A program made the translations under genes and the position numbers. The notes under the pieces are model-generated. The model searched no databases. It saw nothing but the letters and a program-made list of their open reading frames with translations, and was not told the origin of the DNA. Positions 1-6,855 of a stretch of 34,976 nt of DNA are shown here, in pieces; the first letter of the stretch is position 1, and every line of letters begins with the position of its first letter. Source of the stretch: a virus (Duplodnaviria > Heunggongvirae > Uroviricota > Caudoviricetes); the IMG/VR virus record IMGVR_UViG_3300027721_000009, positions 64,001-98,976 of that record; one strand, written 5' to 3'.

Positions 1-1
1 C

Positions 2-175
2 AAGAACGAAGTCATACGAAAACACCTAAATACAGGTAACTACAAACACGTAAGCCTATACGACGATTCCGAAGAAAACCTGAATCACTTCAAAGAGTTA
101 TCCAAAGAGCATCCCGACGTAAAGTTCAAAGCATACCACGTTCAACCAGACGGGCGAATTAAGCATCACAAGTGA
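2..175 (+). CDS. 3' end of a gene truncated by the window edge, possibly a HAD-superfamily phosphatase
   Basis: Open frame KNEVIRKHLNTGNYKHVSLYDDSEENLNHFKELSKEHPDVKFKAYHV...HHK ending TGA at 173-175; hydrophobic-DD (SLYDDSEEN) resembles HAD motif IV. Confidence 0.5.
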   Translation, partial: KNEVIRKHLNTGNYKHVSLYDDSEENLNHFKELSKEHPDVKFKAYHVQPDGRIKHHK

Positions 176-184
176 GACTACACC

Positions 185-541
185 ATGGCAACCTACACCT
201 TCCGCAATAAGAAAACAGGCAAGAAGAAAGAATATGAAATGTCTATCAAGGAATACGACCAATTCAAGATCGACAACCCGCATCTAGAGCGCATCATGGA
301 CGGAGTGGGTATTGCATTCCGTGGCAGAGGCGACAAGACCGTATCAGAACTAGCAGCAAAACGTGATCCCGCATGGGGCGAAGTATTAGCCAAGATCGGA
401 CAACAGAATCTAGACAGCCCATTGAACTCAGATTTCGCAAAGAACAAGACCATCAAGAGACTCAGAGCAGAGGCGGTAGTTGAGAAACATGCCAAAATGC
501 AAGAAAAGCAACGCCAAGAACGTGCGCGTAAAGTCAAGTAA
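185..541 (+). CDS. FmdB-like small protein of T4-like phages (the usual zinc-ribbon Cys are absent)
   Basis: N-terminus MATYTFRNKKTGKKKEYEMSIKEYDQFKIDNPHLER matches the MPTY.F.N..TG pattern; usual position just upstream of phoH. Confidence 0.6.
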   Translation: MATYTFRNKKTGKKKEYEMSIKEYDQFKIDNPHLERIMDGVGIAFRGRGDKTVSELAAKRDPAWGEVLAKIGQQNLDSPLNSDFAKNKTIKRLRAEAVVEKHAKMQEKQRQERARKVK

Positions 542-572
542 GAAATTCGACATTGTAGAAGGTGAATCAGCC

Positions 573-606
573 AAGGCAGGCATCCGAGAGGGTGCCTGCC
601 TTTTTC
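573..606 (+). terminator. Rho-independent terminator
   Basis: aaggcaggcatcc-GAGA-gggtgcctgcctt stem with GNRA loop followed by a T run. Confidence 0.85.
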
Positions 607-632
607 ATTTCCGTAAGCCAAAAGGGAATCCC

Positions 633-1322
633 ATGTCATCAAGCAAAAAGCAGAAGCGTCCGGAACACTTCTCACTTCGAACCATCAAGCCGTTGAACTA
701 TGCCCAACAGACGGCATTCGAAGCATGGTATGCTGACCAACACCTGTTGCTCCATGGAGTCGCAGGCACCGGTAAGACCTATCTCGCCCTCTATCTAGCC
801 CTCAAGGAGATTCTACGCAACGACAGCAAGTACAATCAGATCATCATCGTCCGTTCCACTGTTCCCTCGCGAGACATGGGATTCCTACCGGGAAAGGTGG
901 ACGAGAAATCGAAAGTCTATGAAGAGCCATACCGCGAAATCTGTGACGACCTGTTCGGACGCGGCGACGGTTACGACATTCTCAAGATGAAGAGAATGGT
1001 TCACTTCACCACCACATCCTTCCTGCGTGGCTTGACCTTCAAGGACGCAATCGTGATCGTGGACGAGTGTGAGAACATGACGCTACAGGAACTCGACACC
1101 GTGATTACTCGCGTGGGCGACAACACTCGCATCGTGTTCTGTGGCGACTATCGGCAGAGCGACCTCCAAAAGCGTTCTGACCGGGAAGGACTCCACACGT
1201 TCCTGCGGATTCTGGATGACACCAAATACTTCGAACGGGTGGAATTCGGTCCAGAGGATATCGTGCGCTCCGGTCTGGTGAAAGCCTACATCTTATCCAA
1301 ATTAGAGTTAGGGATTACTTGA
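633..1322 (+). CDS. phoH: PhoH family ATPase
   Basis: TIKPLNYAQ, Walker A GVAGTGKT, RDMGFLPG, TSFLRGLTF, IVDECEN, GDYRQSDL, DIVRSGLVK; the start at 633 lies after the terminator and follows aaggga. Confidence 0.95.
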   Translation: MSSSKKQKRPEHFSLRTIKPLNYAQQTAFEAWYADQHLLLHGVAGTGKTYLALYLALKEILRNDSKYNQIIIVRSTVPSRDMGFLPGKVDEKSKVYEEPYREICDDLFGRGDGYDILKMKRMVHFTTTSFLRGLTFKDAIVIVDECENMTLQELDTVITRVGDNTRIVFCGDYRQSDLQKRSDREGLHTFLRILDDTKYFERVEFGPEDIVRSGLVKAYILSKLELGIT

Positions 1323-1448
1323 CAAGTAACTTTTGACTCTGCAAGTACCAACGCCGGTTAATGTACCTTAAATGATACCTTAACCGGCTTAAGGTGCTTT
1401 TTATGATACATTATCGGGCTACTATAGCGAACTTATTTCGAATTAGAC

Positions 1449-1477
1449 TTGACAGGACTCTAAAAGACTGGTATAAT
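1449..1477 (+). promoter_or_regulatory. Consensus sigma70-type early promoter with extended -10
   Basis: TTGACA (1449-1454), 17-nt spacer, TG-n-TATAAT (1472-1477). Confidence 0.9.
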
Positions 1478-1523
1478 GTCTGTGTGGACTTTGAATGGTA
1501 ACTTTTAGAGATATAGGATCATT

Positions 1524-2210
1524 GTGACATTTCTACACGTAAAGCATGAGTTTCCTACTCTCTTGAAGGAAGAAACCGAAGATGGTCAACGAGTGTATTG
1601 CACTCCGGATGGGAAACGATATCCGTCTGTAACGACTGTCATTGCTCCACACAACAAAGATGCTATCGACCGGTGGAAGGCACGTATCGGTCATGCCAAG
1701 GCTAAGAAGATATCCGAGAATGCCTCAGAGCGTGGAGATATCGTTCACTTAGCATTAGAAGCACTCCTCAACAATTACTCGACCGGTGAAATCGTCAAAC
1801 AGATGATGCCGCACGCTAAGGCTGTCTATCTCAATATGAAGACTGAGCTAGAGCGTCGGCTGACAGAGGTTCACGGATTAGAACAACCCATGTTCTCGCA
1901 CAAACTACGATTAGCGGGAACCACCGATTGTATAGCAAAATATGACAATCTCTTGAGTATCGTGGACTTCAAGACCGCTCTTAGACTCAAGAAAACCGAA
2001 TACGTTCAAGGCTACTTCATGCAGCTTTCGGCATATGCGTTCATGTTTGAGGAAATGACCGGTCTGCGCATTGAACAGGGTGTAATCCTGATTGGCGTGG
2101 ACAATGAGACATTTGCACAGACCTTCCGGCTTCCCCGCGAGAAATTCGGTCCTCACCTGAAAGAGATAGTTTCGTGGAGAGATAAATACGAGCAGGGGCT
2201 AGCAGCATGA
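1524..2210 (+). CDS. PD-(D/E)XK exonuclease (exonuclease A-like of T4-like phages)
   Basis: RVYCTPDGKRYPSVTTVI, RGDIVH, GLEQPMFS, AGTTDCIAKYDNLLSIVDFKT, YFMQLSAYA; lies after phoH. Confidence 0.85.
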   Translation: MTFLHVKHEFPTLLKEETEDGQRVYCTPDGKRYPSVTTVIAPHNKDAIDRWKARIGHAKAKKISENASERGDIVHLALEALLNNYSTGEIVKQMMPHAKAVYLNMKTELERRLTEVHGLEQPMFSHKLRLAGTTDCIAKYDNLLSIVDFKTALRLKKTEYVQGYFMQLSAYAFMFEEMTGLRIEQGVILIGVDNETFAQTFRLPREKFGPHLKEIVSWRDKYEQGLAA

Positions 2211-2299
2211 CACTTCTGACGCAGACAATGATTCTACTCATAGGTGTGGTGATGATTGCCACCTTTCTCTCCAACGACGATGATGACGACGAGGAATAG
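2207..2299 (+). CDS. 30-aa membrane peptide with acidic tail
   Basis: ATGA overlap with the exonuclease stop; MTLLTQTMILLIGVVMIATFLSNDDDDDEE; not in the ORF track. Confidence 0.6.
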   Translation: MTLLTQTMILLIGVVMIATFLSNDDDDDEE

Positions 2300-2303
2300 T
2301 AAC

Positions 2304-2453
2304 ATGGAATACGTAAGCACAGCATTAGCAGTATTGGTAGTTCTTGCATTTGGATACTTCATCTACAAGAAAGTCACTGCGCCTAAGAAGCCTTCAACCG
2401 GCACTGGCGGCGGTGGAGTCGGCGGCAGCGATAGCAACACTCAGCAGCACTAA
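2304..2453 (+). CDS. 49-aa single-pass membrane protein with Gly-rich tail
   Basis: RBS gagga upstream; MEYVSTALAVLVVLAFGYFIYKK hydrophobic helix then basic residues and PSTGTGGGGVGG. Confidence 0.7.
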   Translation: MEYVSTALAVLVVLAFGYFIYKKVTAPKKPSTGTGGGGVGGSDSNTQQH

Positions 2454-3277
2454 TGATTGTTGACGACTCTGCGGGTCCGCAGAAAGCTTGGGCGAATTAT
2501 AGAATGGAACTGCGAGAAGAAATTCAGCGGCGCGAGTATCCTAGGAAACTAGCCGAAGTGGGCAGAGTCGCATTGGTCTGTATTGCGAAGGATGAAGATG
2601 ACTACATTCAGGAGTGGATTGACTATCACTTCAAGTTGGGTGTAGACGATATCTTCATCTATGAAAATGATTGGCGGTCTGGCATCTGGCAGGAACGAGT
2701 ACACACGATTCCGTTTGACGGCAAACACCGTCAGGTCTATGCGTACAACGACTTCCTGTTTCGGCGTGCGAATGATTACAAGTGGGCAATCTTCATTGAC
2801 GTTGACGAGTTCATCGTATTGAAGAACCACTCGTACATTCAGGGATTCCTGCGAGCCTATGGCAATCTCCCCGAAGGCGTGGATGCGATTGCGGTGAACT
2901 GGATGATGTTCGGTGACAATGGCGCAGCCAGTGAGGGTTCCGTAGTGGAACGATTCACACGGCGCGGCGCGATTCCCGAAAGGCACATCAAGAGCATCGT
3001 GCGGCTGAATGGCGACCGAATGATGTTGACAACGCACAACACGTTCGGCTACTGGATAGACCCGAATGGTAATATCGGAGCAGGACAGAATAATTTTGAC
3101 GGTAGCAATGATGTGATTCAGATCAATCATTACTACACTAAGACAGAGAAAGAGTTTGAACGAAAGATGAATCGCGGCAGGGCTGACTGTGGATTGCGTC
3201 GGACAAAGGACGATTTCCACCAATTCAATCAGAACGAAGTTGAAGACCTAACAGCACTCAACTTCTACAGGGGATAA
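2453..3277 (+). CDS. Glycosyltransferase, GT-A fold (GT2-like/GT92 family)
   Basis: VALVCIAKDEDDYIQEWIDYHFKLGVDDIFIYEN, DxD motif IFIDVDEFI, NWMMFGDNG, KSIVR, INHYYTK. Confidence 0.85.
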   Translation: MIVDDSAGPQKAWANYRMELREEIQRREYPRKLAEVGRVALVCIAKDEDDYIQEWIDYHFKLGVDDIFIYENDWRSGIWQERVHTIPFDGKHRQVYAYNDFLFRRANDYKWAIFIDVDEFIVLKNHSYIQGFLRAYGNLPEGVDAIAVNWMMFGDNGAASEGSVVERFTRRGAIPERHIKSIVRLNGDRMMLTTHNTFGYWIDPNGNIGAGQNNFDGSNDVIQINHYYTKTEKEFERKMNRGRADCGLRRTKDDFHQFNQNEVEDLTALNFYRG

Positions 3278-3278
3278 C

Positions 3279-3515
3279 ATGGAAACGACAGTATCAGAAG
3301 ACACTCGCTACATGAGCCGCAAGTTTCGGTTCTCTGTGGCGGCATGGATCGCAGGCACGATTGCGTATGCGACAGGGTTCTTCACCGAGGTTCCCATGAT
3401 GACGACGGACCAGTGGATTCTGTTCACGCAATGGATCGTCGGTCTGTACCTCGCAGGCAACGTCGGTGACACACTCGTTACCGGTCTAGCCAACGTATTC
3501 ACGGTGAAGTCATGA
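3279..3515 (+). CDS. Small two-TM membrane protein (holin-like)
   Basis: SRKFRFSVAAWIAGTIAYATGFF and WILFTQWIVGLYLAGNVG form two hydrophobic segments. Confidence 0.55.
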   Translation: METTVSEDTRYMSRKFRFSVAAWIAGTIAYATGFFTEVPMMTTDQWILFTQWIVGLYLAGNVGDTLVTGLANVFTVKS

Positions 3516-3997
3516 GCCTCTTCAAGAACCCTTGGCAAGCGGTCATTGCCATCGTCATCTTCATCAGTCTCTTCCTGTTTCTATTAAGTCGGGAAGCGCG
3601 AAGTGAAGAAATCTACTTCGACGGCGGTTCAACCATCGTGCGCGGATATGCTCCGGTCATCGGAATCAATGTCGCGTGGAAGGAAGAAGGTCCGAAGAAG
3701 ACTGACTACGAATTAGGATTCAAGCTTATCGGTGAATCTGAGTTCAAGGAAGAGGATCAGAGCAATCAGTTTGTCGTTCACGGCATGTTGGTTGACGGAT
3801 ACAAGAATGCGGAAATGGGAATCGGGTTTGCCTACTTCAACGTAGAATCAGACTACAATTGCCAGTTCACATTCTCGTTGCTTGCGCGTTATCGGTTCAC
3901 GGAACGGATTCACGTACAGGCTCACCACTTCTCTACCGCAGGGTCATGTCGCCCGAATTATGGCAGAGATTTACTCACCGTAGGATGGAGGTTCTAA
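3512..3997 (+). CDS. pagL: PagL-like outer-membrane beta-barrel (lipid A 3-O-deacylase family)
   Basis: Signal peptide (...FLLSREARS/EE), about eight amphipathic strands, C-terminal ...VGWRF, motif HFSTAGSCRPNYGRD aligning with PagL HYSNAGLKQPNDGIE. Confidence 0.75.
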   Translation: MSLFKNPWQAVIAIVIFISLFLFLLSREARSEEIYFDGGSTIVRGYAPVIGINVAWKEEGPKKTDYELGFKLIGESEFKEEDQSNQFVVHGMLVDGYKNAEMGIGFAYFNVESDYNCQFTFSLLARYRFTERIHVQAHHFSTAGSCRPNYGRDLLTVGWRF

Positions 3998-3998
3998 G

Positions 3999-4109
3999 AT
4001 GGAACTATTACTAGGATTTGTCGCAGGCGCATTGGTGGGATGGCACTTCCCGCAGCCTGCATGGGTTAAGACTCTGATTGCGGCAGTGAAAGCCAAGCTA
4101 GCGGAGTAA
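3999..4109 (+). CDS. 36-aa membrane peptide
   Basis: RBS ggagg; MELLLGFVAGALVGWHFPQPAWVKTLIAAVKAKLAE; not in the ORF track. Confidence 0.65.
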   Translation: MELLLGFVAGALVGWHFPQPAWVKTLIAAVKAKLAE

Positions 4110-4111
4110 TC

Positions 4112-4428
4112 GGTTATAGTGGTATGATGTGAAGTGAAGGTATTCTGGACGCGGGTTCGACTCCCGCCTGCTCCACCACGAAAGACTCTCACCCGAGATG
4201 CGCAGAAGTTGAGTTCTTACTGCGATACAAGGGAACAACACTCTGAGAGTCTTTCGTAATGGGGCAGTCAAGGTTTCGACAGGGTAAGATAGCGGAACGG
4301 ACCACTAGAGAGGCGACTGACTTAATCAGCGCAAACACTACAAATGCAAACGCAGATGTATACGAGGAAGTGCGCCTAGCGGCGTGACCCTCCGGGGCAG
4401 GAAATGCCTTGTTACCAAAACCACCAGA
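4112..4428 (+). ncRNA. ssrA: Circularly permuted (two-piece) tmRNA gene; outer ends approximate
   Basis: T-arm gcggg-ttcgact-cccgc (4151-4167) and ctgctcc-a-cca (4168-4178) precede the 5' end GGGGCAG (4261-4267); acceptor stem has G3.U70; tag frame ANADVYEEVRLAA* at 4346-4387. Confidence 0.9.
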
Positions 4429-4429
4429 A

Positions 4430-4456
4430 GGGGAGAGGGCAACCTCTCCCCGTCTT
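4430..4456 (+). terminator. Terminator-like hairpin after the tmRNA
   Basis: ggggagagg-GCAA-cctctcccc, 9-bp stem with a weak T tract. Confidence 0.7.
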
Positions 4457-4493
4457 TACATGATGAAAGTCGCAACACATGGAGGAAAATAAC

Positions 4494-5174
4494 ATGCGCC
4501 GACTAACGATGATGATACTTGCTATGATACTTGTGGGCTGTGCGTCAATTCCGACCTCGACACAGCAACTCTCCCAACTCCCCGACGCAACGGAAGCACT
4601 GGAAGAACTCTCATTCAGAGCCAGTCTGGAACTCTATGTGATTGAACACCAGTACGACATTGAGCGTATGCTCGCTAACATCAGTCTGGAACTTCCCGAT
4701 TTTGTGCGCGTAGCCACTGCCGAAGACCGCAAGGCTATTCAGTGCCTCGCGAAGAATATCTATTGGGAAGCCACTGGCGAACCACTGCGCGGTAAGAAAG
4801 CCGTCGCACAGGTCACTCTCAATCGCACCGAGGATGTGCGCTTTCCGGCTGATATCTGCGGTGTAGTCTACGAACGCGACAAGGTGAAGAAAGACGGGCG
4901 CATGAAGACCATCTGCCAGTTCTCATGGACTTGTATGAGCGTCAAGAACAAGACTCCGCGCCATCCGGAAGAGTGGGAACATGCGCAGGAAATCGCTGCT
5001 AAGTTTATCCTCGACGGATATCACATACCTGAATTAGACGAAGCACTGTTCTATCACGCCGACTACGTTCGCCCTAAGTGGGCTAAGAAGATGGTCAAGA
5101 TCGAAAAGATCGGGGCGCATATCTTCTACCGTGAGAAGGTCAAGCAGAATGGGATTTACTTAGCGTCCAATTGA
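4494..5174 (+). CDS. SleB/Hydrolase_2 family cell wall hydrolase with lipoprotein signal peptide
   Basis: CLAKNIYWEATGEP, VAQVTLNR, ICGVVYE, CQFSWTC, ALFYHADYVRPKWA, IGAHIFYR; start after ggagg; lipobox LVG-C. Confidence 0.88.
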   Translation: MRRLTMMILAMILVGCASIPTSTQQLSQLPDATEALEELSFRASLELYVIEHQYDIERMLANISLELPDFVRVATAEDRKAIQCLAKNIYWEATGEPLRGKKAVAQVTLNRTEDVRFPADICGVVYERDKVKKDGRMKTICQFSWTCMSVKNKTPRHPEEWEHAQEIAAKFILDGYHIPELDEALFYHADYVRPKWAKKMVKIEKIGAHIFYREKVKQNGIYLASN

Positions 5175-5183
5175 TGCTATACT
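5155..5183 (+). promoter_or_regulatory. sigma70-type promoter upstream of gene 33
   Basis: TTTACT (5155-5160), 17 nt, TG-n-TATACT (5178-5183). Confidence 0.6.
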
Positions 5184-5211
5184 AAGACCATGAGTTCACT
5201 GCGAGTGTATA

Positions 5212-5433
5212 ATGCCAACTAGAGAAGAAAAGAACGAGTTCTCCGAGAAGATCATGCTGCGAATGCAAGATCTGAATACGGACTGCCTCGACGCAATGGT
5301 AACATATTGCGAAGAGATTGGTCTGGAAATGGAGGTCGCGGCAACTCTAGTGAACGATATCCTCAAAGAGCAATTAGAGGATGCATTCGCAGAACTCAAC
5401 TACATTGAGAAGAGTGGCAAGCTGCCGCTATGA
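5212..5433 (+). CDS. gp33: Late promoter transcription co-activator gp33
   Basis: 73 aa acidic protein: FSEKI...CLDAMVTYCEEIGLEMEVAATLVNDILKEQL..AELNYI..KLPL; lies upstream of gp59/gp32. Confidence 0.88.
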   Translation: MPTREEKNEFSEKIMLRMQDLNTDCLDAMVTYCEEIGLEMEVAATLVNDILKEQLEDAFAELNYIEKSGKLPL

Positions 5434-5711
5434 AGCTTCCGAAGGATTACACCAAGCTGAACGGCAAGCAGCGCAGACTTGTGCGTGAAGAGTACGTCAG
5501 AATACAGGACGAGAAGTGTTGGTACTGTAGCGAGAAGCTCGACAGACCACCTAGGGCTGACGTTTCAATGAAGCCTATCAATTGGGGAATGTTCCCCCCC
5601 GGTTTCATGGATCATCCTGTCCACCTACAACACGATCATGATACGGGTATGACAGAGGGCGCAGTTCATTCCCTTTGTAATGCGTATCTGTGGCAATACC
5701 ATGGGCGATAA
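5430..5711 (+). CDS. Small HNH/endonuclease VII-like protein
   Basis: CWYC zinc knuckle and HLQHDHDTGMTEGAVHSLCN resembling the EndoVII DHDH.TG..RG.LC..CN motif. Confidence 0.7.
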   Translation: MKLPKDYTKLNGKQRRLVREEYVRIQDEKCWYCSEKLDRPPRADVSMKPINWGMFPPGFMDHPVHLQHDHDTGMTEGAVHSLCNAYLWQYHGR

Positions 5712-5916
5712 GATCAGACTCGCTGCGAAGGATTTGCTTGACGCATCCAAACGATTCCGCGATGCGTGTAACGCAGTCTATTGCGCACAGAACCCCGAAG
5801 ACTTTGCGGACCATGTGAACATCCCACCGGAGGATGAAGCCATGGAGAGTCAACACGAAGCCTACCTCGCGCTAGAGAGTGCTGAATACTACATGAAGAA
5901 GGCATTGAAGAAATGA
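5701..5916 (+). CDS. Hypothetical protein
   Basis: MGDKIRLAAK... helical 71 aa, tightly overlapping its neighbours. Confidence 0.6.
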   Translation: MGDKIRLAAKDLLDASKRFRDACNAVYCAQNPEDFADHVNIPPEDEAMESQHEAYLALESAEYYMKKALKK

Positions 5917-6161
5917 GCGACAACAAGACAGAACTATTGAAAGAGACACTCAGCCTGTTTAACATGTTGGGTGTCATTCCCGGTCAGGGAGCAGACGGCA
6001 AACTCATGAGTAAGATCATGGACGAGCTATCAGGCGATGCGCCGCCGAGAGTCACATTCACCATGCCGCGTGGACGCTGCCCTTGTTGTGGCGCACCAGA
6101 CCTCATGAATTGCGACTGTAATCCAGACGACCAATTGGCGGCATTCGAAGCGCGAAAGTAA
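5913..6161 (+). CDS. Hypothetical protein with Cys cluster (CPCC...CDC)
   Basis: ATGA overlap upstream and TAATG overlap with gene 59. Confidence 0.6.
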   Translation: MSDNKTELLKETLSLFNMLGVIPGQGADGKLMSKIMDELSGDAPPRVTFTMPRGRCPCCGAPDLMNCDCNPDDQLAAFEARK

Positions 6162-6772
6162 TGAACGGCTACGAAGTATTCTGCACCTATCAGGCTATCA
6201 AGCTGCACTTCACCACCGACACCTATTGCTTCTTCAAGTACAATGGTAAGGTAGCAACGAAACCCGCAGGCTTTGAGAAGCGCAAGGACAAGTATATGTT
6301 CCACCGGCTCGCTCGCAATCTACGCGACGAGGAAGTGGTGGGATTCTTTGTTTCCAACTTCCTCATGAAGCAGAAGGCGTGGACGCAGGATTTCCTTGAA
6401 CCGGAAGCGAAGGAAACGTATCTTGCATGGCGCAAGAAAATAGACTCGCTCTCTTACACGTTCGATCAGGACATGACTAAGATCATTGAGGAAATGGACA
6501 AGCGCGACATGGGAATCGGCGCGATGTTCAAGCCACCGGCAGACGGATCGTATCCTCTAATCTGGACGATGATGAATCAGGGTGACATTGAGTTCGAAAC
6601 CATGGTCATCCTGCACGGCATGACCGGCGTACTCGACTTGTGGGATGCGAAGTATAATTCGGATTTCATCTACGAGAAGACTTCTAAGCTCATACGCAAG
6701 TATGAACCTTTCTTGGGACTGGACGTACCCAAGTTCAAAAAGATCGTCCAAAAGCACTTGACTACATGTTGA
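6161..6772 (+). CDS. gp59: Helicase loader gp59
   Basis: MNGYEVFCTYQAIKLHFTTDTYCFFKYNGKV, FEKRKDKYMFHRL, YLAWRKKIDSLSYTF, IRKYEPFL. Confidence 0.93.
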   Translation: MNGYEVFCTYQAIKLHFTTDTYCFFKYNGKVATKPAGFEKRKDKYMFHRLARNLRDEEVVGFFVSNFLMKQKAWTQDFLEPEAKETYLAWRKKIDSLSYTFDQDMTKIIEEMDKRDMGIGAMFKPPADGSYPLIWTMMNQGDIEFETMVILHGMTGVLDLWDAKYNSDFIYEKTSKLIRKYEPFLGLDVPKFKKIVQKHLTTC

Positions 6773-6787
6773 AAATCGTGGTATACT
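6758..6787 (+). promoter_or_regulatory. sigma70-type promoter for gene 32, overlapping a CTAAATA late motif (6786-6792)
   Basis: TTGACT (6758-6763), 18 nt, TG-G-TATACT (6782-6787). Confidence 0.7.
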
Positions 6788-6855
6788 AAATACCATATAT
6801 TATGAATACTGTGGATAAGCTTAATACATCAATACTCCTATAAGGAAATACGCAA

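Noticed and set aside
480-632. N-terminal extension of PhoH in the ORF track
   Set aside because: Overlaps the upstream gene and spans a terminator; ATG 633 has an RBS and gives a typical length
1358-1392. CtrA binding site (TTAA-N7-TTAA)
   Set aside because: The four TTAA half-sites are spaced 6, 8 and 5 nt apart; none is 7
4148-4178. Stand-alone tRNA gene
   Set aside because: No D-arm or anticodon arm upstream; the matching 5' acceptor strand lies downstream at 4261, which fits a permuted tmRNA
3279-5174. Canonical holin-endolysin-spanin lysis cassette
   Set aside because: No nested Rz/Rz1-like pair is visible, the holin call is weak, and the tmRNA and a terminator separate the genes
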